Source: Spirogloea muscicola
Lineage: Eukaryota
DNA: 64,000 bases
Direction of reading: 5' to 3'
Assembly (NCBI GenBank): GCA_009602725.1
Contig: WELB01000005.1
Span: forward strand, 831,323-895,322
A program made the position numbers and the translations under genes. Numbering within the stretch: position 1 is the stretch's first letter; every line of letters begins with the position of its first letter. The notes below the pieces were generated by a model that was given only the letters and a program-made list of their open reading frames with translations, was not told where the DNA came from and did not search any database. Below, piece by piece: positions 1-13,561 of this stretch.

Positions 1-158
1 CTTCGACGGCGGCGCCGTGAAAGCGCGATTGGGCCGATGGGGAGCAGGGCGGCGGAGGCGAGGGCGGCGGCGGCGGGCGGCATGGCGACGGCGGGAGCTG
101 CGGCGGGGGCGGGTGCGAGGGACAGGCCGGGAGGGGGCCGGCGCGCGGCGGACCCCAT
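1..158 (-). CDS. Possible first exon of a gene running off the window start (Ala/Pro/Ser/Arg-rich, transit-peptide-like)
   Basis: Minus-strand ATG at 158 opens MGSAARRPPPGLSLAPAPAAAPAVAMPPAAAALASAALLPIGPIALSRRRRR, open to the window edge. GC-rich like other gene 5' ends here. No domain is visible. Confidence 0.3.
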   Translation of the reverse strand, partial: MGSAARRPPPGLSLAPAPAAAPAVAMPPAAAALASAALLPIGPIALSRRRRR

Positions 159-261
159 GGCGGGCGCCGCCGGCAGCGATGCCGGCGGCGGCCCGGGGTT
201 TAGGAGGGGTGGCGGCGGCGGCGGCGGCGCCCTCGACCTAGCGCGAGGAGCCGTGTCCAAA

Positions 262-1070
262 AGCAACTGACTGCATCGACTCCGCCAACCCCACCAGATC
301 GGCGTCGTTGCAGGGCACGCGGTCGGCCAGGCGGCCAGGGGCAAGGAGCGAAAATACGCTGATCACCCGGTGGGGGATGAATTCGCGGCCCTGGCGATGG
401 ATGTACACGGGGCTTTCGGCAGCCGCTGGCTGGATCTCATTCAGCGGCTTGCCCGCCAGGCCATTGACTGGCGGCCGGGTCTGCCAGAGGCGATGCCCGG
501 CTTCAACGCCGCCGGTTCGCTCGCACAAGTCTTCCGCATGTGCCTGGCCGTATCGCTTCAACGCTCCCTTCAACGCGCCCACGCCGTCCTTACGCGCGCA
601 GGCCGTGCTATGGCCGCCGCCTCTGGGTCTCGGCGGAGTGTCTCTTTCCCTGCAGCGAGCTACTCAGACCTGATGTTGCTCACTCGTGGGTACTGAGCTT
701 TCCTCTGCATCGTTTCTGTGTTCTGCAGTGTTTTGTAGTTTCTCCGGCTCCTCTTTCTTTGGCTTTGGACATTGTCCATTCTTTTTTGGGCTGGCTTTGC
801 CAGCCCCTCTTCTCTATGGGCGCGCATTCTTCTTATCCTCAATGGGCGAGCCCTTCTTTCACAGCCCTTGCCCCCATTGGGAGAGCCACTTCTTCTCTTT
901 GCCAGCCCCACTTCTCTATGGCCCATTCGAACCTTCGTCAACTCTTCTTCGGGCTGGCTTTTCACAGCCCTTGCCCCCATTGGGAGTGGTGCCACTACTT
1001 CTCTGTAGTGGCACTCCCCAAAAAAAGAAAAAATGTGGGCGAGCACTTTCTCTCGGGCTGGCCAGCACGG
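262..1070 (+). mobile_element. 5'-truncated CRE-like (RLE) non-LTR retrotransposon, subfamily A, followed by a stack of additional element 3' ends
   Basis: Frameshifted RLE C-terminus (AVGQAARGKERKYADHPVGDEFAALAMDVHGAFG...FRMCLAVSLQRS...SYSDLMLLTRGY*, stop at 696). Near-identical copies at 21067, 42320, 43390 and 48810. Repeated GGGCTGGC..CAGCCC / TGGGMGAGC modules run to ~1070. Confidence 0.85.
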
Positions 1071-1126
1071 CGCCATTGCCATTGCCTCTCGCAGTGTGGA
1101 AGCCGCGCCGGCTCCCCGCGCCAGCC

Positions 1127-4100
1127 ATGCTGCTCACCAACGTCTTCCGCCTGGTGCGCCCGGGCGCCTCGGTAATGCCCCGGTGGCGCGAGCAGCACGC
1201 CGCCTCCCACTCATAGCAGCGTGCCGCTGGCTCGCCGCACGCAGGACGGCCTTGGCGACGTCCGATGGTGGCGCTTCGCTGCCCCCGCAGCCGCCGTCGC
1301 CGCCGCCACCAGGGCCGCTGTGGGCGCCGCCGCCGCCGACATTGCCGTGCTGGAGGCGCACCTGCGCCTGCAGGAGCAGGGCCACACCGCGACGTGGGCC
1401 CTCCCGGCGCCAGGTCTACGGCCGCCTCTTTGGCGCCGATTGCCAAGTCCCTCGCCTGTCCTCCACTGTCCAGACGCCTGTGACGGCAACACACGACCTC
1501 TTCTTTGACCGCGGTGACTGTGGGCGCACGCCGCAGGGGGCGCGGCCGTCCTTTGGCTCTTCCTGCACCGCTGCTCGCCCTGCCGCGACACATCCGACCC
1601 TTCGCTCACTCAGCTCTTGGGCCATCTGGCGGGTGTGGTGCAAGCAGCAAGCCGCCCCAGTGCTCCCGCTCAGCGTCTACTGTGCCTTTCCCACCCTCCT
1701 TCTCCAAAGTCCTCTCCCCCTGCAGCTTGTCGCCAGTCCGAGCGAAAGGACTGCCTTTCGGTCTTGCAGTGCACGAGGAGGGAGTGTGGAACCCCGGCGA
1801 TGCAGGCGAGGAGGTCACGGATGCGCTCCTCCGGGCGCTGCAGCACCGCGCCGAGAGGTCTGCAAGCACAAAACAACTGTTGCTCCTTCGCGTCAAAGGC
1901 AAGCTGGCGTCTCTGGCTTTGTGGCACACTTTTACTTGAGCCTTCTGTGAGTCTCTCATCATAAATGCTCCAGGGGGCTTCGCGTGTTCTCCTACCTGCG
2001 TTTTGGCACGTCCTTCATCAAGTGCGCCTCTGCCACAAGGTGTCTTGCATCAGAACTGCGCCCTGCTCTTCTAGAGTGATCAAGCGAGGTCATGTGCAGG
2101 GCCAACTTGGCTGCTTGTTTGCAATGCCCCGTCACACAACTGCTGCCAATACTGCTGCTGACGTGCTCACAAATTGCTGACCGATGGCAGGGCTCCTCTG
2201 CCAGCATGCGACCTCAGCTTTATCGTGAGCAGGGGCAGTGTTTGCGTTAAGGCGGCAATCAGCAGGAGGTCGGCCTGGAGCACTTCCTTGCCTTTCTGGC
2301 AGAAGCAGTCACTGCCACATGTTGGCTTAGTGACGGGCTCGCCTGCATCTTCCTCCTTCTAGCAATAGCTTGTCTTTGAGGCGCTTGCAAGTGCATGCAG
2401 GAGGCTTCGCCAGCTTTCTGCAGCAGACATGCAGGAGGCTACTCGCACGTCGGAAGCAGACAGCCGCCGACAGCAAGGTAGGTATGGAGATCAAACTCAC
2501 AGGCCAAGTGGTAGTGATGAAAATGCGCCGATCATTGCAGCACGTGTGATAATTGACTTGGGCACCATGGATGGTGGGCCAGTCCTGGTCAGCCCCTTTG
2601 GTACACAGGCAGCCCTGCTCGGCACCTGCCAGGCGGATCTTGTTGTGGAGATACAAAGGAGGTGATGCGCAAGCCCGCTAGCTCTTTGGGCCCCAACGAT
2701 CAGTCTACTCAGCCTGGACTTTCAAATTCTGTGAGGTGACGTGCTTGGTTTGCACTGTGGTCCTTGTAACAGGCTGGATAATGGTCAGGCAGACATGCCG
2801 CTCCCCACTTCGCAGGCCAGTCATGTTGAGGTCCTCATGAACCTGCCTCAAGAGGGTAATAGCAGCAGCAGAGACCCCAAATCCATCACCAACACGGATG
2901 GTAACGAGGGGCTCCGCATGGTGGTTAGCAAGGATGCTGTCCTGCTCGGCTCCTGTAGCTTTTGGCCAAGGTGAAACCTCCTCTTGCCTGGTTGCTAACA
3001 GTCCAGGAGCTTTAAGAAATGACTTTTGGAGACATCAAGCTATTGACCTTTTGTTGCGTTGACCTTTTTGAGGCCACAAAGTGCTTGTCACCTTGCAATA
3101 TGCAATCTCCCCCTCCAGGACTTCCCAAAATCGAGCACGCTGACCCTCCTGCCAACAACATTGGTTGCGCACTTGCTGCTCTTCAAAACAGGCTTCCTGA
3201 AAGACCCAGCCCCACAGCTGGTCTTCAGTGTCCTTTGACAGAAGCACCTTCACGTTTCTTGCTCTCGACAAGCTTGGCACGTTTGCTGATTCCTTGGAGA
3301 TCTAATGCTGCACCAGGGAGACGCATGAGGAGGGGCCAGGTGGCAGAAGCAGCACGGAGAGCAGCAGCACCAGTAGTTTGGGTCCAGAGGTGGACAGCGA
3401 CCCTGGCGAAGAAGCTGTGCCAGCAGCAACGGCAAAGACGCCCATCATGGTGGCGGACAAAGAAATGAAAGAGCCAGAGGGGTCGAAGCCCCTCGGCCCC
3501 GCCAAGAGGCCTCGCAGCATCCGCTGCGGCACACAGGCCTCATTGTCTGCCGCAGCAAGCCAGGCATCAGTTATGGCACCGCCGGTAAGTGTACTGCGGA
3601 ATCCAGGCCAGCATGCTCTTACATGTGGCTATTGTTTGCAGCTTAAATATGTGAGTGCTGATTGAGGCGTTCGTGACTGTGCAGCTGAAGGCTGCCCCTT
3701 CACAGCAAGTGAGTAATGGGAAGCCCATCAATGCTGACATGGAGAATTCAGAGCAAGATGACGAGGATGCTCCGCTGGCAAAGCTCCTGCGGATGCCGTC
3801 CCAAGCTCAGCCAACGAAGTTGAGCCCTTTGGAGACGTCCCTCACAACGACGCCCTGGGACTGGGAAGGGGATGCTGACACCAGCGCAGCTACAAATGAC
3901 GCTGACCTGCTTGCAGACTTCGGCGACTTTGGGGACTTCTTTGAGGATGACACGTTGGGCCTAGGGGAGGTGAGCAATCAAGAGCATCATGTACACCTGG
4001 ATCAGCCGGCACCTACGCCTCCTTTGATGCTGCAAGGCTGCATGTGTGATTTTGTGTCAGCAATAGCACCCCCCTTGGCATTGAAGTTAGGGTGTCTCTG

Positions 4101-7100
4101 GTCGCGAAGTCTCGTGTTGACGGGGCGTGGGGATAAACTCTCAAGTGTGCGCAGCCCCCAGCATTGATGAAAGAGGGCGAAGATAGCGGGCATACCACGA
4201 CGCCAGCTGCTAGACGGTGGCCTGCCAGTGCAGCTCTCAGGATCATACTCAGAGACAGCAAGCTGGCGGAGCTGCTAAACAGCAGGCTAGAGGAGAAGCA
4301 GAGGGTGCAGGCAGTCGCTTGGTCGGATCACCTCAACCAACTGCAGCAGAGACTGGAGTCGGCCGCGGCGAGACAGGCAGTGCTCGCAGAGGCGGCAGTC
4401 CTGCAGTCCAGCCTTGCCATGCCGCGGGGAGCGATGCTGCCAATGAGGTCGTCCTCTCTGTCCAGCCAGTCTGCTGCATCATATGCACCATCGCAGTCTG
4501 GCAAGGAGGTCGGAGCTGAGTTGCTCGGACATCCTTACAGCTACTCTGCTGAGCCGCCGCGCACGCCGGCCCTTCCCGAGCCCCAGCTGGCACGACCCAG
4601 CAGCGGTCAAGCGTACAAGCAAGAGGAGGACGAGGGTGGTGCTGAGGAGGCTGACGCCAGTGGCACCCCGCGCCGGCCTCCTCCAGAGGCGGTGTTGCAG
4701 GTTGCACGCAAGGCTCGGACTACTCTTGCCACGGAGGTGGCCATCCTCCAGGTCGAGCTACATTTGCTGCGATGCAAAGGGAAAGAAGCTGCATCCGCAT
4801 TGCCCAAGCTCAGAGCCTCCCTGTTAAGCAGGCCTGTGACAGACTGGGTCGGCAAAGACAGGGCTCTGCATGCCCTGGCGCAGCAGTTCTTAGCTCCGTT
4901 TGATGCGGCCCTGGAATGCGGCCACGGAGACCTACGCAGACAAGACGTAGAGTCAGGCGGATCTCTTCTATGGTTGCCTGCGGAGGTAAGAAGCCCCTGA
5001 TTCTTCTGCGCGCATTTGACATACAGGAGCTCGCTGTACCTGACTCCTAGCACTTGACGAATCGTTACTGCTGTGTGACACTTTCAGGCATCTCCAGCGA
5101 CAGTTTTGTTCGTCCTTCGAGAGGAAGTTGGACCCGCATTGGTTATAGCCTTTGGTCAAGTACAAGGCCCGCTCAGCGCAAGCGAGTGGTGCCTCGGCAA
5201 GTCGATGCAGGCGTCCAGCGTGACCGCAGACACGGCGGAGCCAGCAGCAGCATTTGGGCGTGGGCCAGAGAGTGAGCCCATCACGCCACCGCAGTGGCAC
5301 CACTCGTCACCAGGGCCCCCACACCACACCCCTCTGCACCTTGACACCCCTCCCCCGCTGCCGGAAACACCTGACGAGCCTGGACTCCCACGGCAGCGCT
5401 TGCCCCAGCTTCCTCGCCACGCAAATGCACCCAGCATGGCAGTGCTGCCAGTACCTGCCGTCTTTGTGGGGTGAGATTGTGACGCAGATTCTCCTTAGGC
5501 TGGTTCTTGGCAGACTTGCTACAGTATCTTGTACCTGCCGTCTTTGTGGGGTGGGTTTGTGAAGCACGATTTCCGTTGGCTGGTCCTAGGCAGACTTGCT
5601 GCAGTACCAAAGTGCATGGTGCACTCATGTTCGTGGTCTTGCACGCGCTCTACTGATGCAGGTACCAAGATGACTGGCTGAAGACCTCCCCTGCAGTGCT
5701 GGAGCTGTGGGAGAAGGTCCCTTTGGAGCCATTTGCACCTCCCAAGCCTGTATGTGTTTGTCATTGCTTAATGAGCTCTGCACCATTCATCTTTCAGGAG
5801 CTTGGAGCGATGAGGCTGCTGATATTCTGGATCTGGTCCTCTGGCTCCAGGTCAATTACATTGTCCTCTGCCCACAAGTGGAGTCACTTCAGGAGTGCAC
5901 AAAGAACTTCATCCGGCAGCTCACAACAGGTGTGCTGCTGCCATGCTTACCCATTTTGACAACAACATTCCCCAGTCACAGAAAGTGTGCAAATTTTCAA
6001 CAATCACTACATTACTAAGTGCAACACAGATGACCTGCTATGTCTTACAGTGTACGAGAGCTCCCGCCTCGGATCGCACGTACCTGCGTTCTCATCGCTG
6101 GAGGCCAGTTCGAAGGCACCACCAGGCGTCATATGGGTGTCCTCTGGCTCTTCCTCTGGCAACAGCGTGTGGAGAAATGATCTTCGCCTTGCCCTGCAGG
6201 CTGGCAGATTGGCTGTCAAGTGGCTGACAGATGCAACAACAACTCATACAGACCTTGATGACGATTCTTGCCTGGTATGACATACATATCATCATAACTG
6301 GTTGATGAATTCCATACTTGAAGTTGTTGCACTACAGCTCAACACATGAACCAGCTGACAGAGATTTGATGCACCGTGCAGGTCGCATACATCGTGTGCC
6401 CATCAGATCCTCTTGTGGCGGCTGGCTTTGTTGCCGAATGCACAGAGCTACTTCCACAAGCAACAGTGCACTTGCTTCCGTCTGATGCCCTGATGAAAGG
6501 GGCCCAGGGCTCCAGCCCCGGTTTACCACTGCCGCCTTCGGACCTCCGTGAGCTAGCTCTTGCTGTGTATGTCAAAGCTGTCAGGCTCCATCAGGCTCTA
6601 GCAGAAGAGCCTGAGGAGCACAGTGGGGCCAGAATCCAGTTGCTGACGATTGGTGGCAGTGCAAGCCTGCCAGGACAGGCGCGCAATGAAACCTATGAGC
6701 CCCTCTTCATCCTGGCTGAGCCAGGGAGGTACGAGACGGTTGTTGGCGCGTTGGAGGAGAAGAGAACGAGGGGAGGGGAGGGGTCAGACGGGGGCCACGA
6801 AGTTGAGGAGACCAGGACAGTGTGTCCTTCTGAGGATAGCACGAATGCTGCCGTTGGAGGGTGGCCATTGCTGCACTGCTGCTACGCTTGGGTTGAGAGT
6901 GAGCAAGAGCAGTGCCTGGTCTACGCCTGGACAGATTCCCGAGGCGAGCTGCTGACAATTCGCGTCGTCAGACAGCTTGACTCTGTTTCTTCCTGGACAA
7001 AGTCTGCAATGTCGAGTTTGCTCGCGCACGGCCTCCGTATTCATGAGCTGCTGATGAGAGGTGGCCAAGGTGGTCGTGGGTCGGCACCCTTGGTCATCGC

Positions 7101-8113
7101 CAGGCTTGGCTCCATAACCTCTGGGGAAATGCAAGGTACTTCTGAGCCTCACGATCAGAAGCTTGCAAAGCTGGGCCAGTCATCTCTCAGCACATATCTG
7201 GCTGGGGACGCATATCCGGTGCAGTTTCGAATGCTGCTGTGTGTATGGCCACTGATGTATGGCCTTGGGTTTGTACAGATTGGGAAGCGACAGTTTCAGA
7301 AAAGCTCAGAGGCCTAGTCTGTACCAGCTCTGTGACAGCTCAACCGCAGGCAAATCTAGATGGCTTGGAGGAGGTAGGTGAGGAATATCAAGGTGCTGTG
7401 ACCAGCATCAGCTTATTATCTCTCGAGCCTAGCACGGACCTGCAGCTAGTGCACACCACAGAGTCAACTGCGCCAGGTGAGCGATCTTCAATGAAAATGA
7501 ACAGACTTTTTACTTGCTCAGGAAATCATGTATATCTTCTTTGAGGCATTTGCTGGGATCCGAGTCTGATTATGAAGGTCCTAGGTATGTGCAGCTCGAG
7601 ATTGGTCAGCTTTCTAGAAGTTTAAGCGGCTATTATGTCTTGCGACTCGCAGGCACCAATGACAGCTCCACTCCGCGAGGTCTCCGGGCCAACACAAGCG
7701 CCGCCACAGCATCCATAGCAGTGGTTACATCGCTGACAAACCAGCCCGCATCATACCTTTTCGCACCCAAGGGCTTCACTCCTTTCACGACACAAGTGCA
7801 GGAAGAGGCATACGTGGTATCAGCACTGCCTGCGTGTAAGAAAGCAGAGTGGCCATCGACGTTCCACTTCACGCTCGTTCGCCAGTATGAGAAGAGGGCC
7901 CAGACCTCAGCTGGCATGGCCGGTCATGCAAGTCGAGACTGGCTGCCGCTCATTGCAGCTGAGTTGCATGGGCTGAGCTGGCTAAGCTGGCGCCGGCACA
8001 CAGTGCTGCCAATACATGTCAGTGCCGTATATCGCTTCTGCCACTTGCTGAAGGTCCTTAACAGTAAGAAAGCCTCTCTGCCACTGACATCTGGCATGGA
8101 GGCTTCCTTCTGA
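1127..8113 (+). CDS. MED13: Mediator complex subunit 13 (multi-exon)
   Basis: Plant MED13 motifs in order: MLLTNVFRL; LEAHLRLQEQG; GVWNPGDAGEEV; DFGDFGDFFEDD; LPVPAVFVG/YQDDWLKTS..LELWEKVPLEPFA; YEPLFILAEPG; LHCCYAW..WTDSRGELL; C-terminal AAELHGLSW..LPIH. GT-AG introns. Confidence 0.92.
5451..5608 (+). repeat. Diverged ~80-bp tandem duplication spanning a MED13 exon end and 5' splice site
   Basis: GTACCTGCCGTCTTTGTGGGGTG...GGCAGACTTGCT(A/G)CAGTA occurs at ~5451 and again at ~5531. Confidence 0.8.
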
Positions 8114-9048
8114 TCTGTATTGGCCGATGTTGTTAGCGGTGCACTGCTTACCCACATTCGTTTATTCAATCAAAAGCTTTGGTCAACCAGAATGTTATGC
8201 ATTTCTTGTTCCTGCTATCTTGTGTCATGGTATTATGCACATTGTCTGCATGCACCTAGCCAGCTGGGAACTATACTTCATGACCATTTTTGGATCTGGC
8301 TAGGCTGGCAGTCGCCCAATACGTCAAGCGCCATGACCTAGAGGGGGAGCTTTGGGAGCTTTATCTGTCCATGTAAAGGAGGCGTCTGCACTGTCACTGG
8401 TCACGGTCGCATTGCTGTAGTCCTCAACTCAGAGACTGATTGTCTCTGATGAGCATGACTAAGCAGAAGAGCAGATGGTTATCTACTCCGAGGCAGCTTG
8501 GTACTCAGCTGTAGTATCTTGTATGCGTGGTATTGTTGAGATGCATCTCTGGAGTTGGAGGCACCTGTCAGCTGGTTATTGAGACGTGTGCCGGATCATT
8601 CCATGACCAACAGCTTTGCAGAAGGGGCTGCAATACATTGCATGCCTTGTTTGGCACATTGAAATGTCAAGAGAGTTCTTTGATGAGCTTGTGTTGCCAA
8701 GCTTTAAGATTGGCAAGCCACTAGGCCAGCTCGTCATACTGTGAAACAGTCTTGGCTAAAGACACCAAATGAAACTAGTGATCGCTGCCTGTGTCCTTGG
8801 CAGAAGATCCCAATGAATGTTTGTGCTGCCCTTAAGGCTCCTATACAAACTTCCCGGCTTGGAAGCTTCGGCGCATCTATGCACTACACTCCTTAACCCT
8901 CAATCCCAAGTAAAGCAGATTCTCCACCCAGACCTGCATCATCAGTCAACCTCTATTCTAAACCGGCAACACATGCGCTAGACCTTCCATTCTCTCTTCC
9001 CTGCTACTTCTGCTGCCTTTTGAAGACCAATGAGCTACTGTTACAGAC

Positions 9049-12000
9049 CTAAATGGTGAGGGTGATGGCTTGTTCGCTGCCGCCTTGAGGCACAGAGAAG
9101 AATCTCTGTACTATCTTACCTTTGACTTGAATGTTGGCCCGATAATCTCCAAAAAAGCCCCTAAATTTTACAGTGCCAGCCGAGTCTGTAGTCGTCCAGA
9201 CATGCGAGCTCCACTCCTTACGTAACCTTACATATCTGGCACACAGGAGGTGTGGAACACAGAGTGGCCGTCAGATTTAGGGAGCGATCACAAGAAGATG
9301 TACTGGAAAGGAAATGAGTAATGGGTCCAGAATGTCACTGTGTAAGGTTGCTCACTTTTGGCCCACAGGGCGGTCGTTGAAGTTGAGGTCGGTCAGGCAT
9401 TTGTAGCACGCTGTGGTGCACTTGCTCTGGTCAAAGTAGGAGTAGACTGAGCACGGTACTCGAGCCACCTCCCATAACACAATACCCGCGACGGAGGGGT
9501 GCGAGAAAGCTTCCCGCATCACTGTCTCAAAGTAGGCGGCCTGCGTTTGTGGGTCTTCTTCATCAACATCCACCTCTGTAAACCAGATTGGAAGATTCAA
9601 AGTTGCCAGTGCATCAAGGTCATGCTTGATGCGTACCTGCAGCAGATGTGTCGACCACCTTATTCAGCAGTCAGCTGTGACATTTTCATCGCTTCATAGA
9701 CTTACTGATTGCTGCTGCTGCTGATCGCTCTTGACTTCCACATAAGCACAGATCATGCATTCAACCTAGGAGGTCAGCTTTAGGTGATACTGCTAACAAC
9801 CTCCTGCGGCTGTTTGAAGTGCGCCTCCACCCCGATGCCGTTCACCTGGGCCCCTTGAGCCTGCAAGCTACGAATCTCCTGCTCACAAGAGCCACAGTAT
9901 TTGCTATCAAATTGCTACCCTGCTGTCAATATTGAGGTCACGTAATGTGATCGATGGGTGACTAAGATCTTAGCACAATGAAGCAGCCGTTCTTGGAGAT
10001 TGCTTACATCAATGTATAGCTCTGGCATCGCTCCTGGATCTCCACATTGCTCCACAACGTTGTAGTCATTCACAAATAGCTGCACACTGGAATCAAGTTG
10101 ACGGGTCGTCCTGAACATCCAGGAGGCTATGCCGTTGCCCAGCCGCTGTGAGTAGAAATTGCCATGCAGCATCTCGTTGTTGACATCCCAGTGCTGAAAT
10201 CGTCCCTTGTAATGTGAAACAACGCTCGTGAGGCGCCTCTGTACTGCCTCCATCAGCTGCGACGTTCCAAGGTTCTGCAGGTACACTTCTGGAAATTCAG
10301 GGACCAACTAAGACATAGCCTTGACACCATGCAGCAGAGCAGGCCACATGCTCATAAGCCCATGGAAGAGGACAAGAGGACTGCACTGATTGCATCAAGA
10401 GGGAGTGACCCAGTGCAGACCCCAACTCGTGGACAAGCCGTATGCAAGTCAGAGCTGGAAAGTGATGACTGCCTCAACAGAATACTGGGGCAGCGAGCCT
10501 TGCTTTGTATGTCACACCTGTACCCAATTCTGCACGTATTGTTGGACTTGCCAGAAAATGTTGTGTCCCCTTATCTTTATACTTTGGGAGTCGCAATATG
10601 CCGTCATGGCATCAGCATCGGCATACGAAACCTGCCCTTGTACTTGCTCAGTGTAGTACCACTTGGCTTCATTCTCAAACACTGCCCAGTTGAAGCGCGC
10701 CTCATACCACTGCTTAGCCAAGGGTTGCAGCCTTAGTCACTTGATGATCAAGCAATTCACGCCAAGTGCTGTGTTGCCCACAATGAACCTCAGGTCCAAC
10801 ATTCATCAGTGTTTACGGACAGTCAACGAAAGCGAGCTCTAAGTACAGGAGCAAGTTGCTCACTTTCTGGAACTGGTGACTGTGAAGAATGGCTGCTGGC
10901 ATCGCTGCCCCAAATGGAAAGAGCGACTTGATCTGATCAATGATAACAGTGGCCCTGACTGGTCGCCCCATCTTGTTTCTCACAGTGACAGCGATAGGCC
11001 TCTGACGGTACTGGCATTGCAAGTTCCGAAGGAAGTCAAAGTCAATAGGAGCAATTTGTGGAGGTCTGCATCGTGGAGCAACAGTCAGCCATGTATAGCT
11101 AGTTAACTCAAAGCAGTGAAGACCCCACCCCATTAAGACCGATTTACCAGAGTCAGCTAGACGGGTTGCAGAAAAATGTCGAGGGTTGACTTACAGCTGC
11201 TATGTTCTGCCTCTGCTGTATGCGCCTTGAGTACGGGTCAAGGGCATGCAAGGTAAAGCTGTCCACCCAGATGTCGGTTCCGGCAGGCGGCCCTTCAAAG
11301 TAAATCGTGCCGCTCCCGCTGAAGGGGAGCGTGAACCCTCCCAAGAGCTTCGTCCAGCATCCAGCCTTGGCAATAGCAGTCCCGAGGCACAGGTAGCCTC
11401 CATTGCCAGTCGCTAGCGTGGCCTTCAAGTAGGCATTGGGCCCGCCTCCAAGCCTCACCCAGGCCACTACCTCGTACGGCTGTCCACTCACGACTCCGTT
11501 GATGTTCTGATGCAAGGGGAGCGCATAGGAAGAACAAACGCTTGAGTTGCCTGCTGGCTGTATGTGCATATTATGAGCACTAAGCTGGGTGCTGTAGCTG
11601 CCTTTCCAGGCGTGCAGGATGCAAGACAGCAGAGCTATAGGATCCAGGCAACCAGATTGGCATCAGGGGCATGTTGTCTCCGCAGAGCGGCATGTTGTTT
11701 CTGCATCTTTCTCTGCATTGGCCATAACCTGGGCAGGGCCACCGCTGGTCTGCCCGCGGGACGCAACGAGGAACTTGTTACCCGACTCAGACCCCACACG
11801 CAACTTGCACTGGTTGAAGCAGGACCAGCCGCTCGTCCCAGCTTGCGCATCTGGGTTCTGGATGACATTCCCCTGGTAGACGGGTGGGTCGGGATTGCTC
11901 TGGCACTGCCAACAACCACCACAGGCCAGCGCTTCAGCTCGATTTCGTCACAACTGCTACCAATTGTTCTGCAAGGCCATAGCAGCAACCACTCGACGTG

Positions 12001-12330
12001 ACTGCGCGACGTCGTTGGTTCGCAAGAGAATTCTTCATCGCCGCTGCAGCTCGAAGTTCAGCTCCGGCTACAGGGGACCAGTTGTGTTGCTTGCACGGAT
12101 CGGCCCAGATCGTCCAAGGAGTCGACAGAGCCCACGGCTGCGGGGCTCGATGGCAAGGTACTGGAGGATTGTAGCAACGACGTACGAATGCGATGGCATT
12201 GAGGCCGCCGGGTGCGAAGCGGAGGCTCCTGCGGTCCACATGGACGTCCTCGGTGCCATTGTGCCAGTCAGGGTCCCACTCGTCGCTCAGCGGCAGGAAG
12301 GACGCCGTGTGATTCAACCGGTCGTAGCGC
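9049..12330 (-). CDS. GH10 endo-1,4-beta-xylanase with N-terminal carbohydrate-binding (CBM4/9-like) module; 5' end uncertain
   Basis: Exons encode CQSNPDPPVYQGNVIQNPD, YEVVAWVRL..GCWTKLLGGF..IYFEGP, FPFGAAM, FNWAVFENEAKWYYTE..IRGHNIFW, HWDVNNEMLHG (acid/base Glu), LPIWFTEVDV (nucleophile Glu) and FRGFFGDY. Stop at 9049-9051. Confidence 0.92.
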
Positions 12331-12899
12331 TCCTGCCAGCCGGCCCTCTCGTGCGAGCTGGCCGCCGCCCACTCGTGCGCTGCTCGCCAACAACACACAG
12401 AACGGATGCAAAGCTCAGGGGCTGGCAGCGCCGGTGTTGCTGTGCGCAATGTGGGCGCAATGTGGGCTGTTGGTGCCGCCAAGCGAGCGGTGGCATTGCA
12501 GCCAGTATCATGGGTGCTCTCGTGGGGCTGGCGGCAATTGGGTGGGGAGACAATGCAGGCATTGCGGAGGCGCGCGAGACGGAGCCGCCTGCGGTGGTAG
12601 AGACAGCAGGGCAGAGCTCGCCGCGCTGTCCCCGACCGGCACTCCGGTGTTGTCCAGGGCGGCTTCAGCTCGAGGCGGCGCTGCCCCCGAGCTGGCGCGG
12701 GCCCGGCCGATCGGCTCCGCGGCCCGACTGGGAGCCCATGGTGGAGAATGTGGAGCCGGGGCCGCGAGCCCCCGCGGCCGGGCTCGATCGGGCGCCGCTT
12801 GAGCCGGCGGAGCGGGCGCTGATCAGGCGGGCCGAGGGCGGGGGGGCTGGTGGGGCTCACCGGGGGGTGCCGCGGCCGAGTCGGCGGCGGCGGGGCGGC

Positions 12900-13561
<662 letters not shown>

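Noticed and set aside
764..1070. CRISPR array or bacterial terminators in the repeated hairpin modules
   Set aside because: No constant repeat/unique spacer periodicity, no cas genes and a eukaryotic context; the modules are retroelement 3' ends.
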